NCBI RefSeq assembly: GCF_021028975.2
Contig: NC_059427.1
Location: 17,360,001 to 17,424,000 of the forward strand
Source of the DNA: Sphaerodactylus townsendi
Taxonomy: Eukaryota
Reading direction: 5' to 3'
Length of the DNA: 64,000 nt
How positions within the stretch are numbered: position 1 is the stretch's first letter; each line of letters starts with the position of its first letter. Under the pieces are notes generated by a model that made no database searches, was not told the origin of the DNA, and was given only the letters and a program-made list of their open reading frames with translations. A program made the position numbers and the translations under genes. This document shows, in pieces, positions 1 to 10,796 of the stretch.

Positions 1-922
1 CTAAACCTGTCATGTTCCACAAATGCTACAAGAAACATTTAACCAAAAAGCAGTACAATCAGTGAGGCAGCCAAAGCAGCATTGACTACCAACCCCATCC
101 CAAGCAGATATACACCTTTCAAGTCCACTGAAGTCAGCTGCTTAGAGGCAATGGACTGAAGGTATGTTGATCTGATGGTAGATCACCTCATGTAAAAATA
201 ATGAGGGTCTGTGCCTCTGATCCACTTGTTTGTACAACTTCCCAGCTTGTGATATTTATACTGGTGAGAATAGCAGCAAACACTATCTTTTCCTTTTCAT
301 ACAATGAACTGAACTGACAAGGTATAAAGAATAATCATTAAAATGAAACAGATCAGGCCCCTTATGCCCAAGCTGTGGGGGGTGTGGGTTCTCACAGTCT
401 CTTCTGACTTCAGTCAAGCCAGCCCTTTGGCCTCTCTGCTCTGCCTTTTCTAGGGTTCGTTGCAGGCCCAAAACAATGATATATACTTTTACAGACAAGG
501 CACTCAGCACACAGTATATTTATAACTCGCTATAAATGTGCGGTAAGGAATCCACTTACTCATTCTGCTACTTTAGACCTACCGATTACCACAGGAAAGT
601 GGGTCTTTTTAAATAAGTGGAATAACTGCAGCCCCCACCCCCCCAAGCAGAATCACCCATGATGTTTACAGTGCAGCAGTCCCTGGATATCACAGTACAG
701 GAAGGGGAGGGGGCAAAGTGATCCAACATTTACGGTACCCTCCCATCAGTACAAGGCCAAGAAATATGCATGTGTTACCCCTTTGCTAAGAATGGGATGA
801 CCCAGACAGGGTCTTAAAAGAAGCAGAAGGCTGCAGGACTCATGAAGTTTGGAGGAAGCAAGACTACCAGGCTGGGACCTTGAGCCCTTAACACCTTGTT
901 TAAGGGTTTTTGTGTATGTAAA

Positions 923-1037
923 CATAGGTGTCAAACTCGCGGCCCTCCAGATGTTATGGACTACAGTTCCCATTATCCAGGGGATGATGGGAACTGTAGT
1001 CCATAACATCTGGAGGGCCGCGAGTTTGACACCTGTG
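923..1037. mobile_element. Palindromic hAT-type MITE
   Basis: Near-perfect inverted repeat (ggtgtcaaactcgcggccctccagatgttatggactacagttccca / its reverse complement) flanked by atgtaaa on both sides. Confidence 0.8.
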
Positions 1038-1399
1038 ATGTAAATGGTGAGAGTTTTTCTGGGGACCTTCAACATCTTTTATCCAGTTCTCCAAGCCTCT
1101 GGAGCCAACCAGAGCCAACCCGCAGGAAGAATGGACTTGGCATTATCAAACTGTAATTGGAAGTACTTGGAATGGAACTTGAACAGGACCTTGGAGCGTT
1201 AAGTTAAATGTTAATGTTTGACCGTTGTCCTCTGTTAAAGAAAGCAAACCATTTTGTCTAGAAGGTCAGTTGTTGCAAACTCCTTCCAAGTCCTGCCCCA
1301 CAGAACCCACAAGATGAGGTTACATGTGCACCCTCATCTAGTGCAGCACCCCCAAGCTCACAACGGCCCAGATTCTAAGTCGGTCTCCCCCAGTTCCCA

Positions 1400-1960
1400 A
1401 AGGGAGTAAGCACGCACGCGCACACAACATGGCCCTCTTCTCCCTCCCCAAGCGGCCAGCGAGGCAACGCAGGAAATCCTCCGCGGTGGAGAGAGATGCA
1501 AACCGCTACCGCGATGAATAGGAGGAGGAGGAGCAGCAGCCTGGGAGGGAGGCCTCCTGCTGCCCGGAACCCGCCTTCCCAACCAGGCCGTCGCTGCCGG
1601 GCGGTTGCCCTTCCCTTCGCGGCAACTCGGAGGCATCGGTGCGTCCGGCCCCTGTCTGCAAGCTGTCCTACACAGGGCCTTTCGGCGGGCCCAGCCAGAG
1701 CAGCGACCCTGTTGATAGCGGGCGAGAAGCGCAAAGGGCAGCCTGCAGTTTGCTTGGGCCATGGCAGAAAAGCATCTGGGGCATGCCTGGGCCTCGCTGC
1801 CGCTCTTTGGAGGAAGCATGTAGAGTTGGATTAAACGGGCGCCCCATCCATCACAGGTAACACCCGTGGCATCCCCTTTGGGCCTGGATCTCTATCCTTC
1901 CAGGCACCCTCTGGGTCTATGTTTCCATAGCCTCTTATCCCAGGAGTGGCAAGAGGCACG
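1400..1960 (+). promoter_or_regulatory. CpG-rich promoter/5' UTR region of CHST14
   Basis: High GC and CpG density immediately upstream of the CHST14 ORF. Confidence 0.6.
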
Positions 1961-1963
1961 GAG

Positions 1964-3037
1964 ATGGGGGTCAGTTCTGTGCGGCGGGCCACAGTCTCGG
2001 GCAGGACCCGCTCACACGGCACCAGTGGCACCGTGCTGCTGCCTTCCATGCTGATGTTTGGCGTGATCGTGGCCTCCAGCGGCCTTTTGCTCATGATCGA
2101 GAGGGGCATTTTGGCTGAGGTGAAGTCCCCGCCGCTCCATCCCTCGCACAGAGATCCGTCCTGGAGGAATGCTGGCAGTGCCAGAGGCGCCGCAGTGCCG
2201 GAGGATGTAGGGTACCAGGTGCTGCAAGATATCCGTAACAGGACAATCCGTGCCATGTGTGGGCAAAAGAACGTGCCCCACAGTATCTGGGACCTCTCCG
2301 CGAGCCAGAGGAGGACGGTACTTAAACACATCCTGGTTAGTGACAAACATCGCTTTTTGTATTGCTACGTGCCCAAAGTGGCTTGCTCCAACTGGAAACG
2401 AATCCTGAAAGTTTTAGACGGGGTGCTGGAGAATGTGGATGTGAAGCTCAAAATGGACCACAAGAGAGACTTGGTTTTTCTAAGAGACTTGAAACCAGAG
2501 GAGATCCGTTACCGGCTGAAACACTATTTCAAGTTCATCTTTGTCCGAGACCCGATGGAGAGACTTTTATCAGCTTACAGAAATAAATTTGGAGAGATCA
2601 AAGATTACCAGTTGAAATATGGAGTGGAAATAGTCAAAAGGTATAGGAAAAACCCAGGGAAAACGACGGGGGATGATGTCACTTTCTCCGAATTTCTCCG
2701 GTACCTCCTAGACGAAGATGTGGAGAAAATGAACGAACACTGGATGCCCATCTACAACTTGTGCCAGCCCTGTGCGGTGAGGTACGATTTCATCGGATCC
2801 TATGAAAGATTAAATGAAGATGCCAGTCATGTCCTGGAACGAGTTCAAGCGCCGTCCTATATACGCTTCCCCGAAAGGCAACCATGGTACAAACCAGTGA
2901 CTCCTCAAACTTTACATTACTTTTTATGTAACACTCCAAGGGGGCTGATCAAAGAGCTATTGCCAAAATACATTTTGGATTTCTCTTTGTTTGCTTACCC
3001 TCTTCCGAACATCACTAGTGAATTTTGCAGGCAGTGA
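1964..3037 (+). CDS. CHST14: Carbohydrate sulfotransferase 14 (dermatan 4-O-sulfotransferase 1), single exon
   Basis: [28 protein letters not shown] transmembrane segment, 5'PSB motif [13 protein letters not shown], 3'PB motif [16 protein letters not shown]-terminus [12 protein letters not shown]. First usable ATG is 1964 (gagATGG). The orthologous ATG at 1919 is followed by TAG. Candidate polyA signal AATAAA at 4981. Confidence 0.95.
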   Translation: MGVSSVRRATVSGRTRSHGTSGTVLLPSMLMFGVIVASSGLLLMIERGILAEVKSPPLHPSHRDPSWRNAGSARGAAVPEDVGYQVLQDIRNRTIRAMCGQKNVPHSIWDLSASQRRTVLKHILVSDKHRFLYCYVPKVACSNWKRILKVLDGVLENVDVKLKMDHKRDLVFLRDLKPEEIRYRLKHYFKFIFVRDPMERLLSAYRNKFGEIKDYQLKYGVEIVKRYRKNPGKTTGDDVTFSEFLRYLLDEDVEKMNEHWMPIYNLCQPCAVRYDFIGSYERLNEDASHVLERVQAPSYIRFPERQPWYKPVTPQTLHYFLCNTPRGLIKELLPKYILDFSLFAYPLPNITSEFCRQ

Positions 3038-3473
3038 ATTTCTGTCCACTGCTGTCTCAGTGTTCTATGCAACTTCCTGTTTTTTTATATACTTTTACTA
3101 AACGTTTTCCACATCAGATACTTTGCTACGTAGCTTTAACCTTTATATACTGTGTATATATGCCGCTGACTTAAGCACAATATTTTTCTTGGAATGTGGG
3201 AGGTGGTTTTTGTATATTTGAGCAACAAAGCACACTTTTGGGTAGATTTACCACAGTATCAACTGCAGGACAGTTATATTTTGGAAGAAAATTGTAATAG
3301 CAACAATGGAAAATGTTGGGAGTGAGCTCTACTACCCCAGTCTGCGTGTGTGTGTGAGTTGCTGGTGTGTTCACCTAGCAAATAAGATCTTGTAACAAAA
3401 GGGCAGCAATTTGATACAGTATTATTATTATTTCAGTATTAAACCATAATGAGAGTCATAGGTTTATTTTTGT

Positions 3474-3792
3474 AGTGGCATAGTGGCTAAGAGCGTAGTG
3501 GCATAGTGGCTAAGAGCAGGTGCACTCTGATCTGGAGGAACCGGGTTTGATTCCCAGCTCTGCCGCTTGAGTTGTGGAGGGTTATCTGGGGAATTCAGAT
3601 TAGCCTGTGCACTCCCACACACGCCAGCTGGGTGACCTTGGGCTAGTCACAGCTCTATGGAGCTCTCTCAGCCCCACCTACCTCACAGGGTGTTTGTTGT
3701 GAGGGAGGAAGGGCAAGGAGATTGTAAGCCCCTTTGAGTCTCCTACAGGAGAGAAAGGGGGGATATAAATCCAAACTCTTCTTCTCTTCTTC
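3474..3792 (+). mobile_element. tRNA-derived SINE (Squam3-like)
   Basis: A-box gtggcatagtggctaagag (duplicated), B-box ggtttgattcc, body ggtgaccttgggctagtcacag, (CTT)n tail; many copies in the window. Confidence 0.8.
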
Positions 3793-5228
3793 TATTGCTC
3801 TTTGCAGAAGCTCTGGAGAGCTAATCCAGTACAAGCCCATTAGAATAAGTGTGGCCTGAAGTACATTTCCATAGGATTGCACTACATAAGTAAGAGATTA
3901 CTTGGGTTATGTTGTGCCATAAAAATATAACATTCTGAAGCTAAACATTTCTGCTCACACCTCCACCACCTGTATGTAGCATTGCAGGTGTAATGTTCTG
4001 GCCTATGCCACTGAAGCATTTTAAGTGATTCACAGTGCAGTTCTGTGCAGAATTATTCCTGGCTGTTTTGAGGCCAAAAACACCACAGCAACCCTGCACA
4101 GAATTGCAATGCCAATACATTTTAGGATTTAGGGTACAATCCTATACAGACTTAGCTGGAACTCTGTGAGTAAGCACCATGTAATGTTTTGGGGTTTATT
4201 TTTGATCTGTGATGATTACAGGGAACCTTCACTCCCAGAGCCCTTTGAACGCCAGCACTAAGAGGCAATATCAGGGGAAGGTCTTGGCCTCTATCGGCCG
4301 TCCAGGATAACTGGTAACCTGTTTTATTAAACGGGATGGTAAACTAACTGGACAGTGGTCTGATTCATCAGGATTCTTATGATGAACAGGATTGCTCGGG
4401 CAGAGCAATCACCCAGGAAAAATACAAACATGGCAAACCTTATTAATCCAATTGACCTATGAGACAAGTAAAAGATTTGGGTTCGGATGATCTGAAATTT
4501 GGAGCAATTGTTTCCAGTATTGCTTTGAGGTAAGAGAGATTGTGTATACATACAATACATGCTTTGCTAATGATTAGGATTTTCATATACTCTGGGTTCC
4601 GATAACGAGGGGTTTATGCTGCTCAGTGCGGTAGTTTGCTAGGGTGCTATCATGCTAGGTATGAAATGTATAGCATATTTTATCATACACTATGCTATAT
4701 ATGAAAGTTCATTTGTTAGAGCCTAAAAATCGAAGATCTTCCCTATCTCAAACCTCAAAGCATTCCTTTCAGGGCAAATGCTACAGTGCAGTTAAAAGTG
4801 AGGAAAAACTCAACTCTCCAGGGCATTTGTTTTTTTTTAAAAAAAAAGCTGTGTTTTGATTGTCAGCATGTGTATAGCATTCTTATTGCTTTGTGTTTAA
4901 ATACTGTTTTGAAATTTGAAACCGATATGAATGAAAGTAGGCATACCGGCTCACAAGCCTTTCCATAGTGTCTGCATTTCAATAAAGTTTCTGTATGAAA
5001 TTGTCTTGGAATTTGACGTGTGAAAGAGGCCCCACAATTTCATTTATTTCCTTTATTACATTTTTATCGCATCCTTCCTGCAAGGAACTTTGTGCTTTGT
5101 ACACTGTGCTTTGTGCTCCTTCATTTTATCCTCCCTGCAACCCTGTGAGGTAGGTTAAGCAGAAAGAATGAATGGTAAAAGTTTGCTCAGGGAGCAAACA
5201 CAGGACCCAGTTCTTCTTAATTGTAGAC

Positions 5229-5649
5229 CAGGGGTAGGGAACCTGTAACACTCAAAGAGCCATTTGGACCTGTTTTCCACGGGAAAAGAAAACACTTGGA
5301 GCTACAAATATTTTTTGACATTTAAAATAAAGATAACACTATATATATAGGGTTTTTTTTTTTACCTTTTATTCCGCTCATTCTGAGAAGCGCATGGATG
5401 CGCCCGCCTTGCTGCCTGCAGGGCGGGCAAGGATGAAGCCGGCGGCTCAGCCTCGTTGGCCGCCGGGAAAGCACCCGCCCCGCTCCAATGGGGCGGGCGA
5501 GAGGGGAAGCCCACGGCGCGGCCCAGCCGATTGTGGGCAGTTGGTGTGCAGGGCGGGGAAGGATGGGGCCGGCAGCTCGGCTCATGGAGCCACAGTGCAA
5601 AGGCAGAAGAGCCGCATGCGGCTCTCGAGCCGCAGGTTCCCTACCCCTG
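5229..5649. mobile_element. Non-autonomous hAT DNA transposon
   Basis: TIR caggggtagggaacc/ggttccctacccctg; exact 8-bp TSD TTGTAGAC. Confidence 0.9.
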
Positions 5650-6834
5650 TTGTAGACCTACACTTTTTAAAATTACCAAAAGGTGGACTTTAAAAAAATT
5701 AATTTGCTATTGCATGTGATTCACAAAACTCCATAAATTGGACAAAAATTACACATTCTGTTATATATTCAGTGAGATGCATGACCTGTACTTAAAGATA
5801 TCAATACTGAATTCATATAATCTTTAATAACATTAACTATCTTCCCAAATTGCTGTTCTTGCATAATATTAATTCATGTTATTATGATTTATACATTTAT
5901 AATCTATAAATGTACACTTTATAGTAATGTATTCAATTTGCTACAATCATTAAAATCCAATAATCAATTAAGCTCCTCTACTTATAACTTAAAAACTTGC
6001 TCTCAATAATCATTTGAATCTAAATATATATACGCTCCTACATTGTTCATTAAAAATGCACCATTAAATGCATCTGTTAAAAAAAATCCCCAGCTCAAAG
6101 CACTCCCTGCTGGTGATCTGGCAGCCACCCTTCTCAAACAAAATAAGTTCTAAGCATGAAGCTGCTGAATCAGAATTCAGCAGGAAGTTGAATATCAGAA
6201 GACATCAATGGGGACAATTGTTCAAATCCTGATTTTGCAAAAAAAAATAAAATTAAAAACTCCTAGAGGCAACCCACTTATTTTCTGCCTGTCTCAAAGG
6301 TCAGCTTTTAAGTCTGCTTGAATCAGCCCTTCCATCACCGGCGGCCCTTCCTGGGCTTTCATTTGGGCCTCCTGCCTAGCTGCAGTCCAGGAATTTGTTC
6401 CCAGCGCCGAAGACGGAGATGAGAATAAAAGAAACGCTTCTTGCCCGCTTCCCAATGCAGCGCATGCTCTGTGAACCACCGCATAGCCCCTACCCCCTCC
6501 TCACTGCCCCAATTTCTTCCTTCGCTCTCAGCAAAAGAGGCAAACGCGCCGGCTAGTAGTCTTCTCTTTCCAACCGTCCTCTCTACTTCTTGGAGGAACA
6601 GTACCAGCTGAACCTCTCTATCCCTAGGGACCCACCCTGCATACCGTTTGCGTGCACCCTTCTGCCCAGCTGCACCTTTGCAGGGGACTGACGCATTCTC
6701 CCCACACACTTCCCGTTCCTTAAAAGTAATTTGAGGAATTATTCGCCCCCCCTCCCCCACTAGATGTTGCTTCTGTTTAGAGAGCTGGGAATATCCCCAC
6801 GTATCAAGCAAAGCCACTATTCATTCATCTATCG

Positions 6835-7286
6835 CAGTGATGGCGAACCTATGGCACAGGTGCCAGGGGTGGCACTCGGAGCCCTTTCTGGGGGCACGCA
6901 CACACAGAGTTTGCCGTATGTGTGCGTGCCCCCCCCCCCAATCTAGGCTGGCCTGGGCCACTGAGCACGACATGCATGCACCGGGGTGAGAAGGGAGGAC
7001 TCAGCTGGCAGGCCTGATGCCTGTGCTCCGGGTGGCTGCTGCCCGAGGGGGGGGGGCATAGAGGAGGCAGAGATTCTGGAGATGCACAGAGCGGTGCGCG
7101 CAGGACTTGCTGGAAGCTAGAGCAAGTTGGCCCCTGCTCGAGTGGGTGGGGGGAGGAAGAGGGAGCCAACCGTTTTTTTCGAAACTAAAACCTCAGCATT
7201 CAGGCTAAAGTTGGCACTTTGCGATAAATAAGTGGGGTTTGGGTTGCAATTTGGGCACTCGGTCTCAAAAAGGTTTGCCATCACTG
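6835..7286. mobile_element. Non-autonomous hAT DNA transposon
   Basis: TIR cagtgatggcgaacc/ggtttgccatcactg; exact 8-bp TSD ATCTATCG; related copies at 14828 and 35953. Confidence 0.9.
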
Positions 7287-9890
7287 ATCTATCGCTTTAG
7301 GTTGCACCTGTGTCTGGGCCTCTATTTTACCCATCCTATGTTGGGGCTTCCTCAAATTACTCTCCTGCCAGCAAAACAGCTGGGTGTGAGTGTGGAAAAA
7401 GAGAGCATCTGGCAAGAACCTTTGGGGAGGGCAGATATGGTGGGTTGTATACTATCTGAACCCGCAAAATAGCGCACCTCTTCTCAGAGACCTTGAGGGC
7501 TGGCAAATGATCCTTATGGCAAAGTTATTTTGATCTTGAAACAACATTGGTAAAATGTACAAGTGCTGCCTGTTACCAATGCTGTCAAATTGCAGAGGGG
7601 GATCTCCCCTACCCAAGAGCCCAATACCACTATATTCCACTGCTGGCTAGCATCTCCCTCATAACAACTACTTCAGTGATCAATATGAAAAGCTCCTGTT
7701 TGTTGCTGGGGGTTACGACAGCTGCATAACTCATGTACCAAATTCTCCAAGGGTGGGGTAGTAAGAAAGTATTTGCACACTGTGGAAATATTTAGGGGGG
7801 GGGGGGGAATGGTTTTAGCATGCATTATATGGAAAAAGAGGCATCTGGCCAAGATAGCCTATGCTCTGCTACCGACTTTCCATTTTCAAGGCAGCAAAAG
7901 TAACGAAAATCAAAAACTCCCTCTGAGGAAAATGGTATGCTTTATGGGGAGAAAAACCCCTGGATGGTTGACATACAAGCAATGTGTCTTCTCTAATTTC
8001 AGGCAGAATATATTTGGGGTAATTCCACAAAGGTCAAATATAACGGGTTCAGACCCTTTTTGAAAGCGTTATTGGGGGAGAAGTTCCCACAGAACTCACC
8101 CCCCCCATGCTTCTAACCCGTTATATTTGTCTGTGTTAAATAAAAGTTGCCAAATTAGTGACTTTTTCCCTTCAACCCAGGTTTCAGTCACTTCCTGCTT
8201 GCCTGTGCAAACTATGGCAAGCAGGAAGTGTTCTACTCCCGCCCCCCTTCCATCCACCATTATGGTGGACTCCCCAGGCGGCCACCGTTAGAGTAGATTC
8301 TCTAGGTGGTCGCCATGTTGTGCCAGTAAGTGGGTGGGGAATTCTCCGGTCCACCAGGAAACACAGCGTTTTGTGTGTGAACCATGCCACCTCCTGATAC
8401 CGGGATCCCAGCGATCCCGACTGGCCCCTGCACCCGCCATGCAAACAGAGACACACAGGCAATGTGGGTTCATTTAACCTGTTTGTGTTGCCTGTACAGA
8501 ATCAGCCAAAGTGCAACAGATATTTGGCTTCGTCAACATATGGTGAAGATAGAGTTCCCTTGTGGACATTTTTTCCTATGGCTTGTGCTAACAGCTCATA
8601 GACAGGAGATAAGAGAGTGCTTCTTCCTTGTGCTCAGAGAATTTATAAACTTCCCCTTTGAGAATCCATCAGCCTCTAGGATCATTGCTGTCAAAAAGCC
8701 TTCCAGCTTTCCAGGCTCAGCTCCTTAAAGTGTTTGACCTTTTAGACCATCTTCATATGGATGGAGATGCCTTGGTCCCAGTTTGGTTGGTACCCAAGTC
8801 TGGTTTGGTCTCAGGTAAAATCTTAATAGGAGATGGGGAGGTGAGTAGTGTAGGGATGGGCAAAATGTTCATTTGACAGTTTTTGGGGCATGGCTTGGGG
8901 ATCACTGGAAGGCAGGACTTCCTGTGGCAGAAGGCAGGACTTTTTGGGTCACCAGGAGGGACTTCTGGGTCATTTTGCCCTGTTGCAGGGCTTGTAGGGT
9001 TCATGGTGGGTGGGACACGTATGGTTTGAACACCCAGACATGCCCTTTTCAGGGGTTAGGGTTGATTTGTGGAGCCTGCATGCATGGAGAGAGGCAGACA
9101 TTTGAAGACTGCCTTGTATTTGGGGCTGAGCGTGTGTGTTTTATCAGACTTTGACCAGCAGTTGACTATCAGCGGGTTCTCTCTCTCTCAAGTAAGAATT
9201 CAAGGGAAAAGAAAATGCACTTGCTCTGTTTAAACCCTCCACCCCAAAACCTCTTACTGAATGTTAAATTAGATGCAAAAGATGTACTTTAACAGGCTGT
9301 CCTGTACAATTTTAGGGTGAGAGACAATCTAATTCTTTCAAGCTAAGGCATCCCCTTCACAGACCCTGCCCCCATCTGGAGAAAATAACCCTTTCGAAAA
9401 CAGCTATCTGACAAAAATGAAATAAAACAAACTATTTTACCAAAGCTCTTCAGTTTCTCCCCATTCTCACATCTACAGCAAGCAGACCTCCCAAAAAAAT
9501 AGGCTGTCTTGTAAAAGCAGATGGGGAAAGCATTTCCCTTCTCTCAGCAGACACACGCCAGCATGCAGGCCTGCCCCAGCCCCCTCAACACGCACACACA
9601 GTGAAGAAAAAAGGAAGCTAGGGAGCAGCTTCTATCTAGCGGCCCCCTCTGATCTGTTGCATTTCCCCTCTCTGACATACAGGTCTGCAAGCTTGCAGAA
9701 AGGGTGCTGATGAGAAACCGTCAAATCAATCAGCCCGTCCCAATCTCCCGTCTATACACCAGCCGCAACTAACGCACTCAACTCTCTAGCAAACTGCCAG
9801 CCAGAAGCAGAGGGGGAGGGGGGGGGGCAGCCCCATCTCTTCTCTCATCCCATGATCTACCAGCTTGATTCTAACAATCAGCCCCTCCCT

Positions 9891-9921
<31 letters not shown>

Positions 9922-10796
9922 GCTCAAGACTCTCCAGCAAAACTGTCAGCCAGAAGCAGAGGGGGTGGCTTCTGTCCCCCCCATCTCTTCCAGCCCTCCC
10001 ATTTCCCACCTCTCAAGTAAACTCTCAGCCAAAAGCGGGGGGGGGGGGGTGTTTCGCCTCTATGCTCATCCCAGCCGGTGGAAAAATATAATAAAGCAGG
10101 GCAGTGGAACCTAGGAGCATCTTGCCACAGAGAGAGAGAGAGAGAGATGCTGTTGACTCCCCCCCCCTCTCTCTTCCAAAATGCTGTCTTGTCATGTCAA
10201 AGCAGATGGGGAAAGCATTTCCTCTCTCTCAGCAGACACACTTCAGCTTGCCGACCTGCCCCTCCCCCCCCTCTTAGCATCCCCCCCCCCCTCTTAGCAT
10301 CCATGCTGGCGGGGGAAAAGTTCTTTTAAAACTGATCTGCCGCTTTTCAGTTCAATGCATCCCACCCTTGTCCACATAACCTTTTCAGAAGACAGCATTT
10401 GGCAAAAGGACTGAGTCTTTCCGGGCTTCCCAATATGACAGCTGGGTAGTCCTCTGCTAGCCAATGAGGACTGTTCTTGGAGATAACTTGTCAAAAGCAA
10501 ACCCTTCCCGCCTGTTTTGAGTTGCAAAATCAACCAAGCTGGGGGGGGGGGGAGGAGGAGGACATTTGCCCAGGCACAACGGCAAGGCATGGCTAATTAG
10601 CAGGGCCTAGAGATGCCTGGCTTTCCGGCATTGGGTTATCAGCGAGACCTGTGACATCAGATAACCTTCCGCAGACCAAAAGACCCACCCCCAAGAGAGC
10701 GCGCATTTTTGCAGGTTCCCCTTTTAACCCAGTAGACATCTTCTGAAGAGTGCAATGGGTGAAAAGCCAAAAAGATCTCAGTTTTATATTTTAAAC

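Noticed and set aside
1358-1860. Several overlapping 70-150 aa ORFs
   Set aside because: GC-rich promoter sequence lacking stops by composition; no recognisable domains
1857-1903. Possible GT-AG intron in the CHST14 5' UTR
   Set aside because: Only 47 nt, too short for a typical vertebrate intron, and it would not bypass the TAG
3474-3560. tRNA gene
   Set aside because: A/B boxes belong to a SINE head; no complete cloverleaf
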